Assembly: GCA_032250835.1 (NCBI GenBank)
Contig: JAVVEA010000001.1
Span: 288,001-352,000, forward strand
DNA from: a bacterium
Lineage (GTDB): Bacteria > SAR324 > XYD2-FULL-50-16
Direction: 5' to 3'
Length of the DNA: 64,000 bases
Positions 1 through 9,040 of the stretch are shown here, in pieces. Every line of letters starts with the position of its first letter. The stretch's first letter is position 1. A program made the translations under genes and the position numbers. The notes below the pieces were generated by a model. It saw only the letters and a program-made list of their open reading frames with translations. It was not told the origin of the DNA and did no database searches.

Positions 1-753
1 GATCACCTGGCCGCTTAGTTCATCGTTGCTTTTAAGTGCCTTTTGAGCCGCTTCGTAATGGCGGTTCAGGGTGATCATTTCCACCATTTCCTCGACCGTT
101 TCCACGTTAGAACCTTCATAGATCCCCTGGTGGATAACCACGTCGCTTTGAGGAATCGGCACCTGGGCGTCGGAGCCCGGTACCCAAAGACTGTTGCCCA
201 ACTTAGTCAAGCGGTCGGGCTGTTCGAAATTGGCGATTTTAAGTCGGTCTACCTTTTGGTTGTCTACCATCACCGAACCGTCACGACCCACGGCGAAGCT
301 TTTGCCGTCAATCTTGATGGGTCCGTTTTCGCCTAAGACTTTTTCGCCACCGTTGGTGATCAAATAGCCTTGCGCGTCTTGCATAAACCGGCCGTTGCGG
401 GTGTAGGCCGTGCCGTGCTCACCCTCTACGGTAAAGAAGCCGGATTTTTGCAGGCTTAAGTCAAAGGGGTTTTGGGTTGGCGTCATCTTGCCGTTGGACA
501 TGCGCGCGGCCACGTGATCCGGAGCCACAAATGAAGAGTGGCTACGAGTCAGCGGGGAGATAAACTGCTCATGGGAAAAGCTCTCTTGTTCGGATTCCAG
601 ATCTTGCATGGAGTATTCGTTAAATACTTCCTTAAAGAGCACCGTATCTTTTTTGTAGCCCGGCGTGTTGACGTTGGCCAAGTTGTTGGCTACCGCGTCC
701 ATCTGCCGTTGCTGGCCCTTCAGGGCGGACATTAGAGAGAAAATCGAATCCAT
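1..753 (-). CDS. flgF: Flagellar basal-body rod protein FlgF (3' end runs off window)
   Basis: Not in ORF track. Manual translation from ATG at 753: MDSIFSLMSALKGQQRQMDAVANNLANVNTPGYKKD...YTRNGRF...EGSNVETVEEMVEMITLNRHYEAAQK, with the rod/hook ANNLAN and SNV motifs. AAGGAG RBS upstream. Confidence 0.85.
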   Translation of the reverse strand, partial: MDSIFSLMSALKGQQRQMDAVANNLANVNTPGYKKDTVLFKEVFNEYSMQDLESEQESFSHEQFISPLTRSHSSFVAPDHVAARMSNGKMTPTQNPFDLSLQKSGFFTVEGEHGTAYTRNGRFMQDAQGYLITNGGEKVLGENGPIKIDGKSFAVGRDGSVMVDNQKVDRLKIANFEQPDRLTKLGNSLWVPGSDAQVPIPQSDVVIHQGIYEGSNVETVEEMVEMITLNRHYEAAQKALKSNDELSGQVI

Positions 754-800
754 GGCTTTAAGCTCCTTGGGGAAAGTAGATCTTTCTTCAAGGTTTGAAA

Positions 801-816
801 TGCATTGCCTATGCCA
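801..816 (-). promoter_or_regulatory. Putative sigma54 (-24/-12) promoter of flgF
   Basis: Minus strand TGGCATAGGCAATGCA = GG-N10-GC, close to consensus TGGCAC-N5-TTGCA, ~50 nt upstream of the flgF start. Confidence 0.7.
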
Positions 817-851
817 GCATGGAGGCCCTTAAGAATGGCTAGGGCCAAGCC

Positions 852-877
852 AAAAGATTCCCCCCGCAAAGGGGGCC
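852..877 (-). terminator. Possible intrinsic terminator after the hybrid kinase
   Basis: Minus strand CCCCC-TTTGC-GGGGG hairpin followed by GAATCTTTT, 45-70 nt after the kinase stop. Confidence 0.4.
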
Positions 878-920
878 ATAAAGGAAGGAGTATAAAGAAA
901 GTTTAAAGCAGAAACCGGAC

Positions 921-3900
921 CTAAGCGGGACCCTGTTGGACTTCTTCAAAGAAGAAGCGGCCCCAAAGCTCTAAAGATTCCACCAGCTTTTCGGGCATCA
1001 GCGGTTTGGTTAAATGTCCGTCAAACCCCTGGGTGCTGTAGGCCAACAGGTCTTCGGTCGAGGTGTTGGCCGTCAAGGCGATGATCTTAGGGCGGGCCGA
1101 ACCCAACTGGTCCCAGATTTTCTGGGCCGCTTGCATGCCGTCTAATAGCGGCATTTGGATATCCATCAAGACCAAATGCACCCCACCTACGCAGGCCTTC
1201 TGGACCGCCTCTTGCCCGTCTTTAGCTAGTTCAACGCTATAACCAAGCCGCTCTAACATCTTAGAGGCTAACTTGAGGTTTAAAGGGTTGTCGTCGGCCA
1301 CCAGAATGTTCATGGGGTATTTACGCCCCAAGTCAGGGTAATGGGTTTTCTCGCGTTTTTTAGATTTGGCCGAGGTGCCGCCCAAGGCGTGTTTGAGGGA
1401 TTCAAACAGGGGTTTTAGGCGTACCGGGTTAGGCAAAGCCCAGGCGTCGCGTTTGGCATCATGCCCATTGCGCAGGTAACGCACCGGGCAAGGGGCCGAC
1501 TGCTTGAGCTCAGCCACCAACGCCATAGCGTCCAACCCTTCAAGCCGATTATCCACTAAGATCAGGTCTAGAGGTTGTTTCAAGACCTCTGGGCTATAAA
1601 AACGCGAGGTCACCTGGGTAACCGAGAAGCCCCAGAACTCAAGCCGTTCGGTGAGCATATCGCGCTTGGGTGCCAAATCGCCGATCCACAAAACTCTTTT
1701 ACCCAAAAAGCTCTCTTGGTGGGGGCGTTCCCATTCGCCTTGTAAGCGGTGGTAGGGCTTGAGCGGAATATCTACAAAAAACTCACTGCCCACTCCGGCC
1801 TGACTGTTTAGCCCAATCTGGCCATCCATCAACTGCACCAGCTTCGCGCTGATCGCCAAACCTAAGCCGGTGCCGCCATATTTTCGGCTCAATGAGCTAT
1901 CCACTTGGCTAAAGGCTTCAAAAAGCCCGGACTGCTGTTCTTTGGTGATCCCGATCCCCGTGTCGGTCACGCTTAGGCGCAAGACACCCGGACTCGGGAG
2001 GCTCCAGCTTAAAGAGATCGCGCCCTGGTCGGTGAATTTGATGGCGTTGCCCGCCAAGTTCAGCATGATTTGGTTCAGGCGGGTTTCATCGGCCAAGACG
2101 GAAACCGGAAGCTCCGGTGAAATGCGGGTAAACAGTTCTAATCCCTTGGTCGCCGCCTGGACTTCCAACATTTCCACCACCCGCTCAGACAAATCCACCA
2201 GATCAACCCGGCTCTCGATCAACTGCATCCGACCGGCTTCGATCTTCGAATAGTCTAAAATACCGTTGAGGATTTTTAAGAGATTTTCACCGGACATCAA
2301 AATGGATTCAATATAGTCCTGCTGGTCTGCGTCGAGCTTGGTGTCGCACATCAAGTGAGACATCCCTAAGACCGAGTTTAGCGGCGTTCGTATCTCGTGG
2401 CTCATGGTGGCCAAAAATTCCGCTTTGGCGCGGACCGCAGACCTAGCTTCTTCGTTGGCTTGCCTTAGTTGGTTTTCGATCCGCTTAAGTCCGGTGATGT
2501 CCACCACAAAGGTAATCGCCTTGCGTTGCTGGTTTACGCCCGTAAAAAAGGCGGATTTGGACAAAAGACAGAGGTCTTCACCGTCTGGGCTGGTTAAGGG
2601 CCATTCGCGGGTTTTACCCTCGTCTTTGGCCGCTTCTGCGTCTTTAGGGAAAACCACCAAGTCGCTGGGGAAGTAGTCTTCAAGTTTACGGTCCGTCAGT
2701 TCCTCGGACTCTAATCCAAAATAAACCCCCAGGGCGGGATTGGCGTATTCGATGTTGTGGTCCGGGCTGCTCACCAAAATCCCCACCGGGCTATGCTCCA
2801 CGAAGGTACGAAAGCGCAGTTCCGAAGCAAATAAAGCCTCTTCAGCCCCCTTGCGTTCGCTCAGTTCAAAGTGGATGCGGTGGTAAATCTGTTCCAATTC
2901 TTCGGTGGACTTGTTGACTTGATCTTCCAGCCATTGGTTGGCCAGTTTTAAGTCCCGTTCAGCGCGGCTCTTTTTCCAAAAATAAAAGGCCAAATAAAAG
3001 GTCGCCAAACCCAACAACAAACAAAGAAACATCACCAAAGCTAAGATCCACCCTGGGTAACCGGTTTCCTGGGCTTCGATCAGTTGCGCTTGGCTCGGCA
3101 ATAGGCTCAGGTCAACATCTAAGACGTCCAAACGAGCCTGATCGTACCAAATTTCGCTCGGCCCGACCCAGACCGGCTCGGAGCGGCCCTGCTCTATTTG
3201 CTGCACCACTAAACCAGCCAGTTTGTGGCCCTGATCTTTCGCACTCAGCACCGGCCCGCCCAAAGCCCCCCAACTGATTTGGTAAGCATAGAGCGGTAAA
3301 ACCGGTCGCTCTAAAAAACTATCGGGTAATTTCCCTTGGGCTTCGAGGGCGGCGGAGTAACCCAACACCACCATACTATCGGGTCCGGCCTGTTCAATCT
3401 CCGCGTCCAGTTGGGCCGCAGAGAGGCGATCTAAAAAGATGAACGTCTTATCGCTAAAAGCCAGGGCTAGCTGTTCGAAGCGCTGCCTTAAGTCAAAACC
3501 CGGGCCTAGGCTGTCGTTAACAACAAATATTTCTTGGGTATTTTTAAAGAGCCGCAAACCGGAAGTTAAAACCTGACGCAGGTCTGGCTCCATCCCGACA
3601 CCGCTCACGCCGCCAATGTAAGACAAAGAAGAAATGGGATATTGGCTCCCGACCAAGAGCGGCGTCTCTCCCCAAAAAGTACGACCTTGGGATTCTAGCC
3701 AATTTAAGACCGGAAGATCCAAGGCCAAAATCACCGAAGGGCGTCGCTTTTTAAAGCTGGTGGACATCAACTCAGCCAGCAGTTGGGCTGAAGTGGGATC
3801 GGCGAGGTCTTGGGAATCTAAGAAGCGGTAGGTAACCGGAACCTTGAGCCCCATGGTGTTCAGACGGGCTTCAAAAGAATCGCGGACCGCGAGGTTCCAA

Positions 3901-4010
3901 GGATTTTCTACCCCGCGGCTCGAAAGCGCAAGTACCCCTTCGGCCCAGCAGGAGGGGGCCGCTATCAGGCCCCAAAGGGCCACTAGCAGGAGAAGGGTCT
4001 TGGTCTTCAT
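921..4010 (-). CDS. Hybrid sensor histidine kinase/response regulator (periplasmic ABC-substrate-binding-like sensor, TM, PAS, HisKA, HATPase, degenerate REC, REC)
   Basis: H-box FLATMSHEIRTPLN, N-box NLAGNAIKFT, G-boxes DTGIG and GGTGLGL, C-terminal receiver ILVADD...LMDIQMP...KP. Signal peptide and TM helix present. Confidence 0.92.
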   Translation of the reverse strand: MKTKTLLLLVALWGLIAAPSCWAEGVLALSSRGVENPWNLAVRDSFEARLNTMGLKVPVTYRFLDSQDLADPTSAQLLAELMSTSFKKRRPSVILALDLPVLNWLESQGRTFWGETPLLVGSQYPISSLSYIGGVSGVGMEPDLRQVLTSGLRLFKNTQEIFVVNDSLGPGFDLRQRFEQLALAFSDKTFIFLDRLSAAQLDAEIEQAGPDSMVVLGYSAALEAQGKLPDSFLERPVLPLYAYQISWGALGGPVLSAKDQGHKLAGLVVQQIEQGRSEPVWVGPSEIWYDQARLDVLDVDLSLLPSQAQLIEAQETGYPGWILALVMFLCLLLGLATFYLAFYFWKKSRAERDLKLANQWLEDQVNKSTEELEQIYHRIHFELSERKGAEEALFASELRFRTFVEHSPVGILVSSPDHNIEYANPALGVYFGLESEELTDRKLEDYFPSDLVVFPKDAEAAKDEGKTREWPLTSPDGEDLCLLSKSAFFTGVNQQRKAITFVVDITGLKRIENQLRQANEEARSAVRAKAEFLATMSHEIRTPLNSVLGMSHLMCDTKLDADQQDYIESILMSGENLLKILNGILDYSKIEAGRMQLIESRVDLVDLSERVVEMLEVQAATKGLELFTRISPELPVSVLADETRLNQIMLNLAGNAIKFTDQGAISLSWSLPSPGVLRLSVTDTGIGITKEQQSGLFEAFSQVDSSLSRKYGGTGLGLAISAKLVQLMDGQIGLNSQAGVGSEFFVDIPLKPYHRLQGEWERPHQESFLGKRVLWIGDLAPKRDMLTERLEFWGFSVTQVTSRFYSPEVLKQPLDLILVDNRLEGLDAMALVAELKQSAPCPVRYLRNGHDAKRDAWALPNPVRLKPLFESLKHALGGTSAKSKKREKTHYPDLGRKYPMNILVADDNPLNLKLASKMLERLGYSVELAKDGQEAVQKACVGGVHLVLMDIQMPLLDGMQAAQKIWDQLGSARPKIIALTANTSTEDLLAYSTQGFDGHLTKPLMPEKLVESLELWGRFFFEEVQQGPA

Positions 4011-4189
4011 GGGTTATCTAGGGATTAGTGCCTAGGTTTGTTACAAGAGTAACCCAGAAGAACCTCCTTGGCCAGTAAAAAAAGGGACCTACAGGCAATT
4101 TGGGAGACCTCTAGTAGGGTGTCTTAAGTATGCCCTAGTTTATCAGACCTAAGATAAAGGTCCTACTAACAGATATAATAGCCCTGGGA

Positions 4190-5623
4190 CTATTCTGACA
4201 GCGATTTACCGAAACGCAAAATCCAACCAATAAACCGGTGGGTCCATCGGCCGTATGGAGGGTAAAAGGGGCCCATCAGGTCTAAAGCAGATTGGTGGTA
4301 GACCGATTTATCGTGGCTGAAGCTCAAGAAACCTTCACGCCCATGATACCGGCCCATGCCGCTAGCTCCAACGCCACCAAAGGGCAAGTCGTCTTGGGCG
4401 ATTTGCATCAAACAATGGTTGATCGCCGCTCCGCCCGAATGCGTCGAACGCAAGACCCTTTGGGCCTCCCTAGACTTTTTAGTGAACACATACAAAGCCA
4501 AGGGACGCGGACGCGCATTGACATAATCAATAGCCTCTTGAAGATTTTGATACCCGATTACCGGCAATAGGGGACCAAAGATTTCTTCCTTTAGCAGGGC
4601 TGCTTCTGGCGGCACATCGGCCAGCACCACCGGGGCCACTTTGCGCTGCTGCTCGTAAAAGATAGGCCCGCGCACCAAACGGAATTCCGAGGCCCCTAGG
4701 CTCATCGCCTCGGTATATAGTTCCTTCATGCGCTCAAAGGCTGCAGGGGAAATCAAGCTGGTGTATTGCGGATTCGGCTCTACCTCAGGGATCATCTCTT
4801 CTGCCGCCGTCCTTAAGCACTGCAAAAAAGCTTCGCGCTGGGCGGTGGGGACCAAGACATAATCAGGAGCGACGCAGGTTTGCCCCGCATTGAGGAGCTT
4901 TCCGTTCAAGATCCGCTGGGCGGCTTTTTTTAGATCCGCCGCCGAGGTGACCAACGCCGGACTTTTGCCGCCCAATTCCAGGGTTAACGGCGTGAGGTTC
5001 TTGGCCGCCGCCGACATCACCATCTTGCCCACCTTAGTGGAACCGGTAAACAGGAGGTGGTCGAAGGGTAGGCTCGCGAAAGCGGCCCCAACATCGGGCC
5101 CGCCGATCACACAAGCGATTTGATCTTCCGAGTAATAACGCGCCAACAACTGAGCCAGCAATTCACTGAACCGGGGGGTCTGTTCGGGCAATTTGACCAT
5201 CACCCGGTTTCCGGCGGCTAAGGCTCCGGTTAAAGGGCCTAAGGCAAGATAAAGAGGATAGTTCCAAGGAACGATCACGCCGACTACGCCCAGAGGCTGA
5301 TACAATACCTGATTGCGGTTGAAATAAAACCAAATCGAACTGCTTCGTTCCTGGGGCAACATCCAGCTACGCAGCTGTTTGAGCGCATGGCGTAGCCCCT
5401 CTACACTCACCAAGACTTCCGAAATCCGGATTTCTGTGGCGCTACGCTGGCCAAAGTCGGCGCTAATGGCCGCTTCTAGTGCTAGGTGGTTTTCTTTCAG
5501 TAGCTGGATCAAGAGACGGAGGTTTTTCGCCCGTTCTTTTAGCTTAGGGTAGCGGTCGGCTTCAAAGGCTTTTTTTTGCTGCCAGAAGAGTTGTTCTAGC
5601 TGGGCGGGGCTGGTGGCCTTCAT
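4190..5623 (-). CDS. NAD(P)-dependent aldehyde dehydrogenase (coniferyl-aldehyde dehydrogenase-like)
   Basis: PWNYP, FTGSTKVG, LELGGKSP, NAGQTCVAPDY, EEIFGP and PFGGVGASGMG motifs. Likely start ATG 5623 overlaps the ferredoxin stop (ATGA). Confidence 0.9.
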   Translation of the reverse strand: MKATSPAQLEQLFWQQKKAFEADRYPKLKERAKNLRLLIQLLKENHLALEAAISADFGQRSATEIRISEVLVSVEGLRHALKQLRSWMLPQERSSSIWFYFNRNQVLYQPLGVVGVIVPWNYPLYLALGPLTGALAAGNRVMVKLPEQTPRFSELLAQLLARYYSEDQIACVIGGPDVGAAFASLPFDHLLFTGSTKVGKMVMSAAAKNLTPLTLELGGKSPALVTSAADLKKAAQRILNGKLLNAGQTCVAPDYVLVPTAQREAFLQCLRTAAEEMIPEVEPNPQYTSLISPAAFERMKELYTEAMSLGASEFRLVRGPIFYEQQRKVAPVVLADVPPEAALLKEEIFGPLLPVIGYQNLQEAIDYVNARPRPLALYVFTKKSREAQRVLRSTHSGGAAINHCLMQIAQDDLPFGGVGASGMGRYHGREGFLSFSHDKSVYHQSALDLMGPFYPPYGRWTHRFIGWILRFGKSLSE

Positions 5624-5865
5624 GGTTGGTTTGCGTCGCTTAGAGGCGTTTGTTGCCAATGGATACAGCTCCCCGAACATTGGTCCATGGCTTGCTGGAT
5701 CAGTTCCGGTGAAGCCCCACTGGGCCGGTGGACAAAGGCGGTGCCATCGTCATCGGCTCCAAAGACTTGCGGTAAGCTGTTGCTACAATTACCACATTGC
5801 ACGCAGGACTCCTGATCGATCCAGACCAAGGGCTGCAATTTTAAGCTGTTCTGCGGAGGATTCAT
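5620..5865 (-). CDS. Single-cluster ferredoxin
   Basis: CVQCGNC...DQCSGSCI; paralogue of the adjacent ferredoxin. Confidence 0.8.
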   Translation of the reverse strand: MNPPQNSLKLQPLVWIDQESCVQCGNCSNSLPQVFGADDDGTAFVHRPSGASPELIQQAMDQCSGSCIHWQQTPLSDANQP

Positions 5866-5902
5866 GAAGTAAAAATACCGACCCCAGGTCTTTGGGGCAA
5901 GT

Positions 5903-6109
5903 TTAATCCTCGTCTTTCCAATGGATGCACTCTCCAGGACAGGAATCTATGGATTCTTGGATCTCCTCTTGGGGGGCACCGGCGGGATTGTGGACGTAGG
6001 CTAGGTCATCGTCATCCATGGCAAAAACTTCGGGCAACTCGTCTGTGCATAGTTGGCAACTGGTGCAGGCATCACGGTCTACATAGACCAAGCGAATGGG
6101 CTTATTCAT
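5903..6109 (-). CDS. Single-cluster ferredoxin
   Basis: CTSCQLC...PEVF...DSCPGECIHW, acidic; GGAGGAG RBS before ATG 6109. Confidence 0.88.
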   Translation of the reverse strand: MNKPIRLVYVDRDACTSCQLCTDELPEVFAMDDDDLAYVHNPAGAPQEEIQESIDSCPGECIHWKDED

Positions 6110-6183
6110 GGCTCCTCCATTCAATAGGGTTTTTAATTCTTGGCTTTATTGTACCCAAAGAACTAAGCCCTTAACGTAAAGGG

Positions 6184-7107
6184 TTAGACAAAATAGTACC
6201 TATTCAGTGCCATATACAACCAAAGCCCGATCCAGAGAAACCACCATTGCCGCTCAAGCAATAAGACCAAACGGTGGATCTCTGGGGCTTCGGGCCTTTG
6301 GTTGCCGTCGCCGATCCAAGGGGCCTCATCTAGCTGCCCTTCACGCCAGACCGGCCCCCCCAGCTGAACCCCCAAGGCCCCCGCAGCAGAGGCTTCGCTC
6401 CAACCGGAATTAGGCGAAGCCGTCACCCCCCGGTCGCGCCAACCAATCGCCCAGGCGGCCTTCGAAGCACCAGCCAGCCCCCAAAGCAGCCAAGAAAGCC
6501 GCGCCCCAAGCCAGTTAAAGAAATCGTCCAGCTTAGCGGCCGCCCAACCATAGGCCAAATAGCGGGTATTTCGGTAGCCGATCATGCTATCTAAGGTACT
6601 GGTCCACTTAAATAGCAACAGGCCCGGCAAACCAAAGGCCAGATAGGCCAAAAGGGGACTCAGGAATCCATCCACCCAGTTTTCCGCAAGGCTTTCTAGG
6701 GTCGCTCGGACCATGGCGGGGGGGTCCATCGGGGCGGTTTCGCGGCTGACTAGATAAGAGGTGTGATAACGCGCGGCCTCTGGGTCACCTTCTAATAACG
6801 ATCCAGCCACCTTGCGCCCCTGGGCGATCAAATCCCCGTAGGCCAGCAGTAGATAAAGCAAAAAACCTTCCAAGGCCCATGCGAGCCAGGGTTGGTACTT
6901 AGCCGCCAAATCCAACAAGCCTAGGGGTAATAAACACACCACCAAGCCGCCCAAAGCCCAATGCAGCACCCCGCCCAGCCGTTTTAAAGGATAAAACCAA
7001 GCCTCCAGTAGGTGCGAAAGTCTGCCCATCAAACGGACCGGGTGCCAACAGACCGGCGGGTCGCCCCAAATCCGGTCTAACAGCATGGCCAGAACCAGCA
7101 GCTCCAT
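6184..7107 (-). CDS. cbiB: Adenosylcobinamide-phosphate synthase CbiB
   Basis: GDP..HPV, LVSRET, ESLAEN, TLDSMIGYRN, AAKLDD and SPNSGWSEA motifs; cob context. Confidence 0.92.
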   Translation of the reverse strand: MELLVLAMLLDRIWGDPPVCWHPVRLMGRLSHLLEAWFYPLKRLGGVLHWALGGLVVCLLPLGLLDLAAKYQPWLAWALEGFLLYLLLAYGDLIAQGRKVAGSLLEGDPEAARYHTSYLVSRETAPMDPPAMVRATLESLAENWVDGFLSPLLAYLAFGLPGLLLFKWTSTLDSMIGYRNTRYLAYGWAAAKLDDFFNWLGARLSWLLWGLAGASKAAWAIGWRDRGVTASPNSGWSEASAAGALGVQLGGPVWREGQLDEAPWIGDGNQRPEAPEIHRLVLLLERQWWFLWIGLWLYMALNRYYFV

Positions 7108-8048
7108 CAGCGCCCCCGCAGGTGGTCCACCAACGGCCCCAGTAGCTCAAATCTTCGTTCCCCCAACACCCAAGCACCGGCCTCTTGACGCAACACCAAG
7201 GTTGCTTGGTCGTCAATGCGCCAGTGGGCCCGCAAGACGGCCTGTTCGGCCCAACGCTTGGCGGCTCCCTCGACCTCAATGCGCAGTTGCCCCCCTGCGG
7301 GGCTGGACTCTTCGCTTAAGGGGTCTAACACCGGCGCTCCGAAGGCCCGCTCTAAAGCCCCGCTGAGCGCTAAATCCTCCGGAGCTCCTTGCAGCAGTCC
7401 CTCGGGACCCAGCAGCCAGAGGCGGTCGGCCAAGCGTAGGGCTAGGTCTAATTCGTGGGTGCTGAGCAGCACGGCCTTGCCCTCTGCTTGGGCCAATTGC
7501 CGCAGGAGCCGCAGCGTCGAGAGGCGGTGGGGTAGATCCAAAAAAGCGGTGGGTTCGTCGAGTGCTAAAACCGGTGTTTCCTGAGCCAAGGCCCGCGCAA
7601 TCATTACGCGCTGCAACTGGCCGTCCGAAAGCTGGCCCAGATGGCGCATCCGCAAGTCCAATACGCCAGCACGCACCATGGCCTGTTCGATGGCCCCTTG
7701 GTCGGCTGCCGAAAGGGTTCCTCGGGCACCGGTGTGGGGCTGGCGTCCCAGCGCCACCAGTTCTTCAACCGGAAATAGCGGCGCTCTAGGTCGTTCGGTC
7801 AGCACCAAGGACAACAACCGAGCCCGGGCCTGGGCGCTGAGCTGGTGCATTTCTTGTCCTTTGAGCAGCACCTTCCCGCCTAAGGGCGGCAGCAACCCAG
7901 CCAAAGTCTTGAGCAGCGTGGTTTTGCCCGCCCCGTTGGGCCCTAACAGACAGACCAACTCCCCGGCGCGCAGCTGGGGATTTAAGCCGCTAGTTAAGGT
8001 ACGGCCTTTGTACCCAATGCTCAGGTTTTCCCCACAAAGCAAATTCAA
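7107..8048 (-). CDS. btuD: Cobalamin/iron-chelate ABC transporter ATP-binding protein (BtuD-like)
   Basis: Walker A GPNGAGKT, LSDGQ, DEPT, STHE. Likely TTG start at 8048 overlaps the permease stop (ORF track start 8072). Confidence 0.82.
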   Translation of the reverse strand: MNLLCGENLSIGYKGRTLTSGLNPQLRAGELVCLLGPNGAGKTTLLKTLAGLLPPLGGKVLLKGQEMHQLSAQARARLLSLVLTERPRAPLFPVEELVALGRQPHTGARGTLSAADQGAIEQAMVRAGVLDLRMRHLGQLSDGQLQRVMIARALAQETPVLALDEPTAFLDLPHRLSTLRLLRQLAQAEGKAVLLSTHELDLALRLADRLWLLGPEGLLQGAPEDLALSGALERAFGAPVLDPLSEESSPAGGQLRIEVEGAAKRWAEQAVLRAHWRIDDQATLVLRQEAGAWVLGERRFELLGPLVDHLRGR

Positions 8049-9040
8049 GGGGCCCTCCTCAAGACCACCCAAAAGACCACCGGCGCGCCGACTAGCGCCA
8101 AAATAGCATTGATCGGCAAGGCCGAGCTACTGCCGGGCATCCCAGCGACCCACTCGGCGGCCAAGGCCATGTCTGCCCCTAAAAAAATACAGGCAGGCAG
8201 CAAGATGCGGTGGTCAGCGGTCTTAAAGAGGAAGCGGCACAGATGCGGCACCGCGATCCCTAAGAAAGCGATGGGCCCACAAAAGGCGGTAACCGCCCCG
8301 GCCAACAGGCTTGCCGCCCACAGCAAACGCCGCCGCAACTGCTTGACCTCCACCCCCATACTAGCGGCATATTCCTCACCCAAAAGCAGCGCATTCAGCG
8401 GCTTGGGAAGTAAGAGTGCCAAGGCCAAGGCAGGCAAACAAATCGCCGAGAGGATGGCCAACTGCTGGGTGCCCAAGGCGCGGAAGCTACCAAAGGTCCA
8501 AAGCAAAAAGGCTTGGATTTGGTCGGGCTGGGCAAAGTAGATCAAAATACTGACCACGCCGTTGGCCATGGCCCCGAACATCAACCCCAAGATCAACAAG
8601 GTCACCGCCGACTGGACCCGTTCGGCCAGCAGGACCACCATCACCAAAACCAAGCCAGCCCCACCGATAGCCGCCGCCGCCAAAGCCAACCCGCCGCCTA
8701 AACTGGTCACCAATCCGCCAGAAGCCAAAACCAACAAAGCGACCCCCAGGCCCGCTCCGGAGTTGATCCCCAAAACGTAAGGTCCCGCCAAGGGGTTACC
8801 GAACAGGGTCTGCATCAACAACCCAGCGACGGCCAAAGATGCTCCAGCCACCAATGCGGCCAAGGCCTTGGGTAAGCGCAGGTCGTATAAAATCCGGCGG
8901 TGGACCTCTTGGGCCTCAGAGGAGCCGATCAAGGCGCGCCAAAGGTCACCGGCGCTGATCGAGACAGAACCCCAAGCCAGCAGGGCAAAGACCAGCAAGG
9001 CAGTCAACAAAGCCAAGGCCGCAATCATCAACCCCTTCAT
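8045..9040 (-). CDS. btuC: Cobalamin ABC transporter permease (BtuC/FecCD family)
   Basis: LRLPKA, QTLFGNPLAGPYVLGINSGA, LLGEEYAASMG, GPIAFLGIAVPH. ATG 9040 overlaps the upstream stop. Confidence 0.85.
   Translation of the reverse strand: MKGLMIAALALLTALLVFALLAWGSVSISAGDLWRALIGSSEAQEVHRRILYDLRLPKALAALVAGASLAVAGLLMQTLFGNPLAGPYVLGINSGAGLGVALLVLASGGLVTSLGGGLALAAAAIGGAGLVLVMVVLLAERVQSAVTLLILGLMFGAMANGVVSILIYFAQPDQIQAFLLWTFGSFRALGTQQLAILSAICLPALALALLLPKPLNALLLGEEYAASMGVEVKQLRRRLLWAASLLAGAVTAFCGPIAFLGIAVPHLCRFLFKTADHRILLPACIFLGADMALAAEWVAGMPGSSSALPINAILALVGAPVVFWVVLRRAP

Noticed and set aside
5624-5680. ORF-track N-terminal extension of the aldehyde dehydrogenase
   Set aside because: It lies within the ferredoxin gene; ATG 5623 gives a typical coupled start.
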